A DNA stretch of 64,000 nucleotides from the human T2T-CHM13v2.0 reference genome, Homo sapiens: the NCBI RefSeq assembly GCF_009914755.1, contig NC_060933.1; one strand, 5' to 3'. Both the position numbers and the translations under genes were made by a program. The notes under the pieces are model-generated. The model did no database searches. It saw only the letters and a list, made by a program, of their open reading frames with translations, and was not told the DNA's origin. Shown here piece after piece: positions 13,349-29,786 of the stretch. Numbering within the stretch: position 1 is the first letter of the stretch; each line of letters starts with the position of its first letter.

Positions 13349-13762
13349 CTATTAAAGAAAAAAAAATGATTCAATGGCACTTGTTAGGAGACATGGTTAG
13401 GAAAACTTTATTCAGAATCATCAAGGACCATGGCAAGGGAGCCTGAGGCTTGGGGGATTGGGCTCAACTCCAAACACAGCCTGGACAAGTGGAGATTAAT
13501 AGCCGAGGAGCAGGGTGCGGGGCGGGGGGGCGGGGGGTCAGCGAGTGAAAAATCCCCACGAGGAAACATTAGAGGAAAGGAGGATTCTGCCTAAACCAGC
13601 CCAGCAGGATTCTTGCTGATGGGCCAGGGGATCAGATCACCTCGGGGATGGTGGAGGATGAGGAGCCTGATCGGATATCCAGTTTAGGGGTTCTGACCAC
13701 ACTGATTTAGCAGGGTTCTTTGCTAAAACTGGATTTTACAAGGAAGTGCACAGATGGGCCTA
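13349..13762 (-). mobile_element. MER31-like ERV1 LTR, truncated at an Alu
   Basis: GATTGGGCTCAACTCC, AGCCGAGGAGCAGGG and GCTAAAACTGGATTTTACAAGGAAGTGCACAGATGGGCCTAGG match recalled MER31. Confidence 0.7.
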
Positions 13763-14116
<354 letters not shown>

Positions 14117-14294
14117 TCACACATGGTCCAGTACACACACATCTCATTTTATTGTGTGATTTTTACAAGTTGAAGGTTTGTGGCAACTCTGTGTCAAGCA
14201 TGTCTATCGGTGCCATTTTTCCAACAGCGTGTGCTCACTTCATGTCTCTATGTCGCATTTTGGTAATTCTTGCAACATTTCAACCTTTGTAAAG

Positions 14295-14611
14295 TTTTTA
14301 TTTATTTTTTATTTTATTTTATTTTATTACAGACCATCTTGTTTTGTTACCAATGATGGAGTGTGGTCATGCAGTCATAGCTCATTGTAGCCTTGAGTTC
14401 CTCGGATCGTGGAATCCTCCCTTCTCAACCCTTTGAGTAGCCAGGAAGACAGGTATGCACCACCATGACCTGTTCATTTTTTTATCTTTATTTTTGTAGA
14501 GATTGGGGTGGGGTCCCACTATGTTTCCCAGGCTGGTCTTGAACTCCTGACCCTGAGTGATCTTCCTGCCTCAGCCTTCCAAAGTGCTGGGGTTACAGGT
14601 GTCACCTGGCC
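14295..14611 (-). mobile_element. Old diverged Alu (AluJ-like) in Tigger1
   Basis: Reverse Alu with (TTTTA)n tail. Confidence 0.85.
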
Positions 14612-14839
14612 CATCAGACTTTTTCATTCTTATTATATCTGCTATGGCGACCTGTGATCAGTGGTCTTTGATGTTACTACTGTAACATCAGTAGTAACAA
14701 TTACAGTAAACAATTGTTTAGTGGCACCACTAACTGCACCCGTATATGTCAGCATATTTAAATGATAAATGCTGTTTGTGTTGGTACTGCTCTACCGACC
14801 AGCCCTCCTGATCTTTCTCTCTCTCCTCGGGCCTCCCTA

Positions 14840-15212
<373 letters not shown>

Positions 15213-15950
15213 TCAAGTGAAAGGAAGGGTCCCAGGTCTCTCCCTTTACATCAAAAGCTAGGCTTGATTAAGCTTAATGAGGAAGGCGTGTCAAAAGTCA
15301 AGACAGGCCCGAAGCAAGGCCTCTTGTGCTAAACAGCCAAGCTGTGAATGCAAAGGAAAAATTCTTGAAGGAAATTGAAAGTGCTACTCCAGGGAACACA
15401 CAAATGAAAAGAAAAGTGAAACAGCCTTATTGCTGATACGGAGAAAGTTTCAGTGGTCTGGATAGCAGATCAAATCAGCCATAACATCTTAAGCCAAAAC
15501 CTAATCTAAAGCAAGACCCTAACTCTCTTCAATTCTGTGAAGGCCGAGACAGGTGAAGAAGCTGCAGAAGAAAAGTTGGAAGCTAGCACAGGTTGGGTGA
15601 TGAGGTTTAAGGAAAGAAGCCCTCTCCATAATACAAAAATGCAAGGAGAAGCTGCAGCAAGTTGTTTAGAAGATCTAGCTAAGATCATTGATGAAGGTGG
15701 CTGCACTAAACGCTAGGTTTTCCATGTAAGTGAAACAGCCCTCTGTTGGAAGATGTCATCTAGGACTTTCATAGCTAGAGGGAAGTCAATGCCTGGCAAA
15801 GCTTCAAAGGACAGGCTGACCCTTGTTAGGGGATAATGTAGCTGGTGACTCTAAGTTGAAGCCAATGGTCATTGACCATTGCAAAAATCCTGGGGCCCTT
15901 AAGACTTATGCCAAGTCAACTCGGTCTGTGCTCTATAAATAGAAAACAAA

Positions 15951-16375
<425 letters not shown>

Positions 16376-16754
16376 TTAAAATCTTACTGCTCATTGACCA
16401 TGCACCTGGTCACCCAAGAGCTCTGATGGAGATGTACAAGGAGGTTGATGTTGTTTTCATGCCTGCGAACCTGGCATCCATTCTGCAGCCCGTGGATCAA
16501 CGGGTAATTTCTACTTTCGAGTCAGCTTATTTAAGAATATATTTCATAAGGCTACAGCTGCCACAGACAGTGATTCCTCTGATGGATCTGGTCAGAGTAA
16601 ATTGAAAACCTGGGAAGATTCACCACTATAGACACCATTAAGAACATTCGTGATTCATGGGAGGACGCCAAAATATCAACATTCACAGGAGTTTGTAAGA
16701 AGTTGATTCCAACTCTCATGGAAGACTTTGAGAAGTTCAAGACTTCAGTGGAGC

Positions 16755-17422
<668 letters not shown>

Positions 17423-18039
17423 TCAGTGGAGGAAGTCACTGCACATGTAGCGGAAATAGCAAGAGAACTAGAATTAGATGTGGAGCCTGAAGATAGGGCT
17501 GAATTGCTTCAATCTCATGATCAAACTTGAATGTGAGGAGTTGCTTTTTATGGATGAGCAAAGACAGTTGTTTTTTGAGATGGAATCTAGGCCTGGTGAA
17601 GATGCTGTGAACATCGTTGAAATGACAACAAAGGATTTCGAATATTTCATAAATTTAGTTGATAAAGCAGCAGCGGGAAAAGGATCGACTCCAATTTTGA
17701 AAGACGTTCTACTGTGGATAAAATGCTATCAAACAGCATCATATGCTACAGAGAAGTCTTTTGTGAAAGGAAGCCTCAATCGATGCGGCAAACTTCACTG
17801 TTGTCTGATTTTAAGACATTGCCACAGCTACCCCAACCTTCAGTAACCACCACCCTGATCAGTCAGCAGTCACCAACATCAGGGCCAGACTTTCCACCGG
17901 AAAACCGATGGCGACTTGGTGAAAGTTCAGATGATCATTAGCACTTTTTAGCAATAAAATATTTTTAATTAGGGTATGTACATTTTTTAGACATAATGCT
18001 ATTGCATACTTAGTAGATTACAGTGTCATGTAAGCTTGA

Positions 18040-18336
<297 letters not shown>

Positions 18337-18659
18337 AAGCTTAACTTTTATATGCACTGAGAAACCAAAAATATTGTGTAACTCCCTTTATTGTGATATT
18401 TGCTTCATTGTAGTGGTCTGGAATGAAACCTGTAATATATCCAAGCTATGCCTGTATACGAATGATAATAGCTGCATTGTTCTCAATCACCAAAACATGG
18501 GAACAGCTCAGATGTCCATCAGTGGATGAACGAATAAAGAACATGTGGGTCTATCCATGCAATAGAATATTATTCAGCAATAAAAAGGAGTGAAGTATTG
18601 GCACCTACTACAACATGGAAGAACCTCAAAATCATGTTCAATGAAAGAAGCCAGACACA

Positions 18660-19218
<559 letters not shown>

Positions 19219-19451
19219 GAAGCCAGACACAAAAGGCCACATATGTATGGTCCCATTTCTATAAAATGTCAGGAATAGGCAAATCCACAGATGGAAAACA
19301 GATTAATAGTTTCCAGGGGCTGGAGGGAAAGGAGGGATGAAGCGTGACTGCTTAATTGGTTTGTGTTTGGGGTGATGAAAAAGTTCACACAGCACAACAT
19401 GGTGAATGGTCTAAATGCTGCTGAACTGTGTGCTTTAACATGATTAAAATG

Positions 19452-20349
<898 letters not shown>

Positions 20350-20424
20350 TCAGGACAGGCCTGTGAAGAACTGTGGAGGGAACAAGAGACACCTACATTT
20401 TAACATGGTGTTCATTTTGTTTCT

Positions 20425-20725
20425 TTTTCTTTTTTATTTTTTTGAGACAGGCTCTTGCTCTGTTAGCCAGGCTGGAGTGCAGTGGCTCACTGTAGCCTCA
20501 GCCTCCCAGGCTCAAACAATTCTCCAACCTCAACCTGCTGAGTAACTGGGACTACAGGCATGCACTACCACACTCAGCTAATTTTTCTATTTTTGTAGAG
20601 ATAGGGTTTCTCCATGTTGCCCAGACTTGTCTTGAACTCCTGGCCTCAACTGATCCACCTGCTTTGGCCTCCCAAAGCATAATTCCCTCATGCTGGGATT
20701 ACAGGCATGAACCATTGCGCTTAGC
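20425..20725 (-). mobile_element. AluJ-like
   Basis: Diverged reverse Alu. Confidence 0.85.
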
Positions 20726-20768
20726 TAAAAATTTTTTATTAATAATCTACTATAGCCAGACTCCATAC

Positions 20769-20942
20769 TGGAGACAAAGAGAATCAGAGTTCTGCCCTAC
20801 AGAGAAACAGAGACACACACAGAGACAGAGACACACGGGGAGACACACACCACAGGGAGAAAGAGAGCCCGGGCCCTGCCTCCCGACTGCAGAAACAGAG
20901 ACATGCAGAGACACACACTGAGACAGAGAGAGGTGGAGACAC
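20769..20942 (+). repeat. Arm A of ~173-bp inverted duplication (partner 21642-21813)
   Basis: Manual alignment gives about 7 substitutions and one 2-nt indel. Confidence 0.93.
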
Positions 20943-20949
20943 ATGTTCC

Positions 20950-21140
20950 AAAAGGAAGGGCAAAGAGAGAGAGAGGAAGGAAGGAAGGGAGGAAGGGCAG
21001 GAAAGAGGAAGAAAGGAAGGAGGGAAGGAGGGAGGGAGGAAGAAAGGAGGAAGGGAGGGAGGAGGCAGGAGGGAGGAGGGAGGAAGGGAGGGAGGAGAGA
21101 GGAAGGAATGGAGAAGGGAAGAAGGGAGGAGGGAGGGAGT
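20950..21140 (+). repeat. Polypurine (GGAA/GGGA) tract
   Basis: About 190 nt, almost entirely A/G. Confidence 0.92.
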
Positions 21141-21641
21141 GAAAGCCTTTCTGCCACTAGTGATGGGCATTTTCCATTCTTAAGAAAGCACCTGCCTGCT
21201 TTTGACTTTAAGAGGCATAGACTTGGGTGATAGAAATGCGTGTTCAAAGCTGAAAAAGCTGAAAAGGCCTGCACCCAAATCCCATCTTTGTGAGGGGCCG
21301 TTATATGAGCCCAGCCTGTTTTCTCATCTGGAAGTGGGAATTCTCGGAGCTTAACTCACTGATGGTCATTGGGTCACAGGATGGACCTGGCGTACGGGAA
21401 GTTTCCGGAAAGGACAGCTGCAGCCTGTGTGCCCCTCATGCTCCTAAGGGGCAAGAGGACCAAGCCGAGACCCCAGTGAGCTAGGGGAGGGGCCGGCCCC
21501 ACAGCAGCTTCTCCAGCTTCCTGAGGAGGCTCAGACCCTCGGGCCCTCCCAGGCCCCTCTGCCCCCGCCCCACTGGTTCACAAGCAGAGACTTCCCCTCC
21601 TCCCCTGGTTCACTGACTTTCTCATTGTCTGGGAGGCCCCA

Positions 21642-21813
21642 GTGTCTCCACCTCTCTCTGTCTCAGTGTGTGTCTCTGCATGTCTCTGTTTCTGTAGTCG
21701 GGAGGCAGGGCCCGGCCTCTCTTTCTCCCTGTGGTGTGTGTCTCCCTGTGTCTCTGTCTGTGTGTGTGTCTGTGTTTCTGTGTAGGGCAGGGCTCTGATT
21801 CTCTTTGTCTCCA
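21642..21813 (-). repeat. Arm B of inverted duplication
   Basis: Reverse complement of 20769-20942. Confidence 0.93.
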
Positions 21814-21815
21814 TG

Positions 21816-22890
21816 GTGTGTGTGTCTCTGTGTCTCTCCGTATGTCTCTGTGGTCTGTATCTCTCCATGTGTCTCTGTCTCTGTGGTCTGTGTCTGTCTG
21901 TCTGTGTGTCTCTCTCTCTATGGTCTGTGGTCTGTGTCTCTCTGTCTCTGTGGTCTGTATCTCTCCATGTCTCCCTGTCTCTGTGGTCTGTATCTGTCCA
22001 TGTGTCTCTGTCTCTGTGGTCTGTGTCTCTCTGTGTGTCTCTGTCTCTGTGGTCTGTGTCTCTTTATGTGTCTCTCTCTGTGGTCTGTGTCTCTCCATGT
22101 GTCTCTGTCTCTGCGGTCTGTATCTGTCCATGTGTCTCTGTCTCTGTGGTCTGTGTCTCTCTGTGTGTCTCTGTCTCTGTGGTCTGTGTCTCTCTGTGTG
22201 TCTCTGTCTCTGTGGTCTGTGTCTCTTTATGTGTCTCTCTCTGTGGTCTGTGTCTCTCCATGTGTCTCTGTCTCTGTGGTCTGTGTCTCTCTGTGTGTTT
22301 CTGTTGTGAAGCTCTGTATTTATCTGTCTCTGTGTCTGCTTCTGTTTCTCTCCTTCCCTCTTTCTCTGTGTGTCTGACTGTGTCTCTCTGCGCCCTCTGT
22401 CTCTGTGCTGTGACTCTGTGTCTCTGTCCCCTCTGTCTCTGTGCTGTGTCTCTGTGTCTCTGTCCCTCTGTCTCTGTGTCTTTCTGCTCCCACTGTCTCT
22501 GTGTCTCTCTGCCCCCTCTGTCTCTGTGTCTCTGTCCCCTCTGTCTCTGTGCTGTGTCTCTGTATCTCTCTGTCCCCTCTGTCTCTGTGCTGTGTCTCTG
22601 TATCTCTCTGTCCCCTCTGTCTCTGTGCTGTGTCTCTGTGTCTCTCTGCCCCTCTGTCTCTGTGCTGTCTCTGTGTCTCTGTCCCTCTGTCTCTGTGTCT
22701 CTCTGCTCCCTCTGTCTCTGTGCTCTGTCTCTGTCCCTCTGTCTGTCTCTGTCCCTCTGTCTCTGTGTCTCTGTCCCTCTGTCTCTGTGTCTCTCTGCTC
22801 CCTCTGTCTCTGTGCTCTGTCTCTGTCCCTCTGTCTCTGTGTCTCTGTCCCTCTGTCTCTGTGTCTCTGTCCCTCTGTCTGTCTCTGCTG
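21816..22890 (+). repeat. CT/GT-rich compound minisatellite (33-bp GTGGTC-anchored units, then CTGTCCCTCTGTCTCTGTG units)
   Basis: GTGGTC at 21950, 21983, 22016 and 22049 (33-bp period). A is almost absent on the + strand. Confidence 0.95.
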
Positions 22891-24550
22891 TTATCTCTGT
22901 ATTGCTCCAGGTCTCTCTGATCTCTCCCTCTCTCCTTCCCTTCAGTGGAATCGATCTCCGAGCTTATTAAGCCCCATTCTTTCTCAGAACATTTGCCTTT
23001 GAAATCTCAGCAGATGGGCTGGGGCCTTGGCTGGTACCTCAGGCTGCCCCAGCCACACAGCCCACTGAGGGCCCAACCAGAGGAGGCTACCCAGTTATGC
23101 CCACTTCCCATTCGTGAGATGCCAGCCCTGCCTTCTCTGAGGTCTCTGCCAGCCTCTGGGACAGCGACCAGCAGTAAGTGGGTCCTGCCTTTGCAGTAGG
23201 AGGAGATGGTGTGAGGGAACAGTCACCAAGGGTCACTGAGCCCACCCCCAGCAGCCAGGGCCCTGTGTGCTGTTTGCCCAGGCCTAAACTCCCTTGTGGC
23301 TGTGCTGTGTGGAAGGGATTAACCTGGTTCTGTGGGCACCCAGAGGGTAAACTAAGGCAATCGAGCACCAGGTCCATGGAGGCGAACACAGGGTGACCTT
23401 TCTCTGCAGGTGCAGCCGTCCACCTGCAGGTGAGCTCTGCTCCCTGCCTCCCGCAGCCTGGCCCCAGACTCCCAAATACCCTCCGGCTGTTTAAATGACC
23501 CTCCAGCAGACCTCGGAGGCTGGGGCGTAACGGTCGCCATCATTGTCTGTTTGGGTGGCCCCTGAGCAACTCAAAGTCTCCGGCTCCACCTTCTAGAGCC
23601 AAGGACAGGTGGTGGGCTGAGCGGGGCTGGGTATGGACCCTGCCACCTCCCGGGTGGGACAGGAGGGCCAGAGCAGAATGCTTCCCTTCCCTGATCCACG
23701 TCCGCCTCTAGCTGTAAGACAAAGCCCAGACTCCATCCTAGGGGCTGCCGGTGCCCACCCCTCCAGCCGGTGCCACACTCCCCTGTCCCCCTGGGTACCA
23801 GCCACCCTGGTCTTCTTCAGCTCACTGAACACAAACGCCCTGCCTCTGTCTTTCGTCCCGGGCTTTGCGCAAGCTGCTCCCTCTGCCTGGAACACCCCCC
23901 TCTGCCTTGTATCGCAGCTCACCCCGGTTCAATCCTCAGGGCCAGTCTTCTCTGACCGCCGGCCTCCCGCCCCAGCTGTCATGGGTGCCTCTCAGTGCAC
24001 AGCCTGTACCTCCCATCACAGCTCATGGCACGAAACGGTCCTCTTGCTAGTCTGCCCCTGTGGGCGGTGGTGGCTGGAGTTGCGTCTGCATGCTGCCTGG
24101 TAGTGTTCCCCTCCCCCTGCCTCCGGCTGGCCCCGAGTGGGTACCCGTTGATGAAGAGGTGAAAATGTTCCCAAAGCTCATCACAGGGGGTTCTGGGGGA
24201 TCCGCCAAGGGAGCTGCAATTCTTTTCTGAGCCGTGCAGTCACCTGCAGCCTCACAGTTGATCTCATGGTCATCCCTGCGCAGCTCTGTCCCCGGAGGAG
24301 GCAGTAAGTGGGGCCACAGAGGACAGACCTGACTCCCAGTGTCTCTAGGAGCCTCTGCCAGGCGGGAGGCACACAGAACTCCCCGGGGGCCGTGGGAATG
24401 AGGCCGATGCGACGCCTACCCAGGTGCAATCCCCACCCAGGCCATGGACCCTGCAATTCTGGCTGCTCCCCACACCTTCCCAATCCCTCTCATTCCTCTC
24501 CAACCTCAGGGACTTCTGCTCATCCATAGCTAATGACGGCAAGAGGATCA

Positions 24551-24928
<378 letters not shown>

Positions 24929-25274
24929 ACAAGCAACAGGGGTCTGGAAGCACCAAGCCCCTCCCTGAGCTCAGGGAGAAGACAGAATGGTCACCAAATG
25001 GCCCATCAATTTATCTCCCCCCAGATACCACTGTTCAGCGCCCCTGCCCAGCTCCAGACAGCCTGGTAGGACACCTGGGACTTTTCCCTAGGTGAGGTCA
25101 CCATCTGCGGTGGGGACAACCTTTAATGACGTCACACCTGCAGCAGGTACCTCCACCCTGAGAGTGCATACAGGTGAGTGGCTTTTACAGATGTGAAAGT
25201 CTCCATCGTCAATGCCCCTCAGGTCCTTCTGACTGTGTGAGAGAAAGTCTCCACTGAGAGCTAACCTGTATTTC

Positions 25275-25916
25275 AGAACACTTGCCCACTGCTGGAGGGG
25301 GCGTAAATTAGTTCAGCTATTATGGAAAGCAGTGTAGGAAGACCTCAAAGAACCTAAAACAGAATTACAGTTCGACTCAGCAATCCCATTATTGGGTATA
25401 TACCCAAAGGAATATAAATCATTCTACCATAAAGATGCATGCATGTACATGTTCATTACATCACTATTCACACAAGCAAAGACATAGATTTAACCACGAT
25501 GCCCATCAATAGTGGACCGGATAAAGAAAACGTGGTACATATACACCACAGAATACTATGCAGCCATGAAAAAGAACAAGGTCATGTCCTTTGCAGCAAC
25601 ATGGATTGAGCTGGTGGCCATTATCCTAAGCAAACTAAGTGCAGGGACAGAAAACCAAATACCATGTATTCTCACTTGTAAGTGGGAGCTAAACAACAAG
25701 AATACATGGACATAAGGAGGGGAACAACACACACGGGGGCCTACTCAAGGGTGGGGATTGGGAGGAGGGAAAGGATTAAAAAATACCTACTGGGTACTAT
25801 GCTTATTACTGGGGTGATCAAACTGTCGGTACACCAAACCCCCGTGACACGCAGTTTATCCATATAACAAACCTGCACATGTACCCTTGAATCTAAAATA
25901 AGTTTTTTTAAAAAAA
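25275..25916 (+). mobile_element. L1PA (about L1PA15/16-like) 3' end
   Basis: ORF2 C-terminal remnant KKTWYIYTTEYYAAMKKNKVMSFAATWIEL and 3'UTR ending ACAAACCTGCACATGTACC...AAAATAA. Confidence 0.9.
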
Positions 25917-25936
25917 GCTAACTCGTTTTTAATTAA

Positions 25937-26231
<295 letters not shown>

Positions 26232-26245
26232 TAATTTAATTTTAT

Positions 26246-26298
26246 AGTGACCAATGGCCCGTGACACAGCCCTCAGGAGATCCTGAGAACATGTGCCC
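26246..26298. mobile_element. Short MER4/MER41-group LTR fragment
   Basis: GGCCCGTGACACAGCCCTCAGGAGATCCTGAGAACATGTGCCC matches a recalled MER4-group motif. Confidence 0.65.
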
Positions 26299-26942
26299 TC
26301 CAACTCATGTTTTAACACCTTGAATCTCAGGGTCAGCAGTCCCTGCCTGGGTGTGCAGGTCCACAGGGCAGGGCTGGGAGGCCAAGGTCATGACCGTAAC
26401 AGCTGAAGACTCTGGACATGGACTCTGAATCCTCATGGCAGCTCTTGGAGGTGGGCATCATTTTATGCCCATTCTGCAGAGGAGAAAACAGAGGCTTCCA
26501 CCAAGATGTTCAGTGACTCTCCAAGGTCACACAGCTAGCAGGAGGGACTGGAACGGGGTCTCTCTGGCTCCAAAGCTCACGGTCTTTCTGACGGGTGACA
26601 CTGCACCATTGTGGGGTCCACGCTCCAGGGCTTGAGGCCTGACTCTTAGGAATGAGTGACTCTGTGTATGAACCTCAGAGAGCACAGACCCTAAGCACAG
26701 GGATCTCAGGTGCAGCCAGGCCTGTGAGCAGGACGGACAGTGAATTCACACACGGTGCCGCCCTCTGAAGGGCAGTGGCTTATCCATGAGAGGTCATCAC
26801 CTGGGTGCAGTTCCCTGAGGGGTGGCTGGGTCTGTGTCCTGGACAGAGAAATTCAAATACATTTTCCCTGACTCATGGCCACTCATGGTATCAAGCAATG
26901 TAAAGCCTTCATTTACTCACTCACTCATTCATTCTGTGAATA

Positions 26943-27279
26943 CAGTTGTCCCTGGATATCGATGTGGGATTGGTTCCAGGACCCCTGTGGATACCAAAAT
27001 CCACGGATACTCTAGGCTCTTCTACAAAATGGCATAGCATTTGCACATAACCTACACACATCCTCCCGTGTACTTTAAATCATCTGTAGATTACTTATAA
27101 TACCTAATGCAATGTAAGTGCTATGTAAATAGTTGTTACATTGTATTGTTTAGGGGAATAATGACAAGAAAAAAGTCTCTACATATTCAGTACAGGTACA
27201 AACCTTTTTAAAAAATATTTTCAATCCGAGGTTGGTTGAATCCACAGATGCAGAACCCATGGATATGAAGGGCCGACTG
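26943..27279. mobile_element. MER2 (Tigger-family non-autonomous element) inserted in an L2 tail
   Basis: TA-flanked, with termini CAGTTGTCCCT and AGGGCCGACTG and internal TTTAAATCATCTGTAGATTACTTATAATACCTAAT. Confidence 0.88.
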
Positions 27280-27483
27280 TATTCACTGAAGACCTCCTTT
27301 GGGCCAGGTGCTGGGCGAGGCCCCTGGGATACAAAATAATAAGGCAAATCCCCCGGCATGAGGCTGCTGTCCTAGTGGGAGAGATGAGCCTTGAACAGGG
27401 AAATAACAGCAAGCTTAACACACGAGGGCTGGGGCTGGTCAGGGGCTGCAGCATCTGGGGCAGGTGTGAGGGGAGGCGGGGTT

Positions 27484-27523
27484 CACACGCACACACAGGC
27501 ATGCATGCATGCGCACATACATG

Positions 27524-27570
<47 letters not shown>
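27484..27570 (+). repeat. (CA)n with CG/TG alternating purine-pyrimidine tract
   Basis: Read directly. Confidence 0.92.
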
Positions 27571-27575
<5 letters not shown>

Positions 27576-27599
27576 TCGTGGCTGGACCCCCGCGGCAGT

Positions 27600-28110
27600 A
27601 GCCTCTTAGGTGTCTGAGATGAGGTCCGAAGCTGAGGTGTGAATGAGCTGGGCTAAAATTGCAGGGAAGAGTGTTCTGGGCAGCAGGAACAGCCTTGCGA
27701 GGCCTGCAACAGAATGAGCACGGTGTCTGAGGGACTGAAAGAGCCAGTGTGGCTGGAGCATCTGGCCCAAAATGAAGAGTGCTGCGAGTGAGGTGGAGAG
27801 GCCCGCGGCGGCCAAAGCAGGCGGACCTGGCGAGCCACGCCAGGGCTCTTTCACCAGGGGCGCTTCGGAGCCAGCAACAGGCGTTGGACAGGAGACGGTG
27901 TAAGCCGACGCACATTTGGGAAAGATGGACTGGCTCCTGGATGGACAGTGGATTTGTAGGGAGTAGTGGAGGGAGGAGGAGTCCTCGGAAAGACCAGGGC
28001 AGCCACCCCAAGGCCCGGAGGTGTGAGGCTGAGCGCACGGGGGAGAGCAGAGGGCTCTGGGAGAGGCCTAGGTGTCGCTTGAGGGGACGTGTTGACAGAT
28101 TGGCCTTTTG
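27600..28110 (-). mobile_element. L2 fragment
   Basis: GGGAAGAGTGTTCTGGGCAGCAGGAACAGC and GCCAGTGTGGCTGGAGCA are typical L2 motifs. Confidence 0.6.
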
Positions 28111-28420
28111 AAAAAGTCAGCTGGCCCCAGGGATGGAAGGAAGCTGGTGCCAGGAGGTGGTATAGGGGCTGGGTCCAACTCTGGCAGCCTGAGCTGGGTG
28201 AAGAGACTTGCCCTGTGTCCCAGCTGCCCCATTTCCAAGCAGCATGACCTCAGAAAGGTCGCTTTGCGCGTCTGGCCCTGACTGTGTGCTTATCTGTTAA
28301 ATGCTCGATCGGCACGAGAGGATGGGTAACAACCCCCGAATCTCACGGCCTGGAAAGCGCAAGTTTGTTCTTCTCTCACACGGTACACCCATCCCCCACG
28401 GGCTCTGGAAACCAGGCTGA

Positions 28421-28760
<340 letters not shown>

Positions 28761-28965
28761 TAATTGGTTCCCACACCTGAACGCAGCCCACATCCCTCCC
28801 TGTCTGGATTCCTTGGCTGGAGGGAGCCATAGGGCCACACCTCACTCCAAGGGGGACAGGCAGCGAGAGCCACCGGACATGGGTTCAGTGACGTCCACTT
28901 CACAGGGTGCTGTGCAGAGTGCGGTCAGTGAGGTGCTGCGGGAAGAGATGACTGTGCAGAGTTGA

Positions 28966-29786
<821 letters not shown>

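Noticed and set aside
21622-23002. Cys/Leu/Ser/Val-rich ORFs
   Set aside because: Products of the CT/GT minisatellite.
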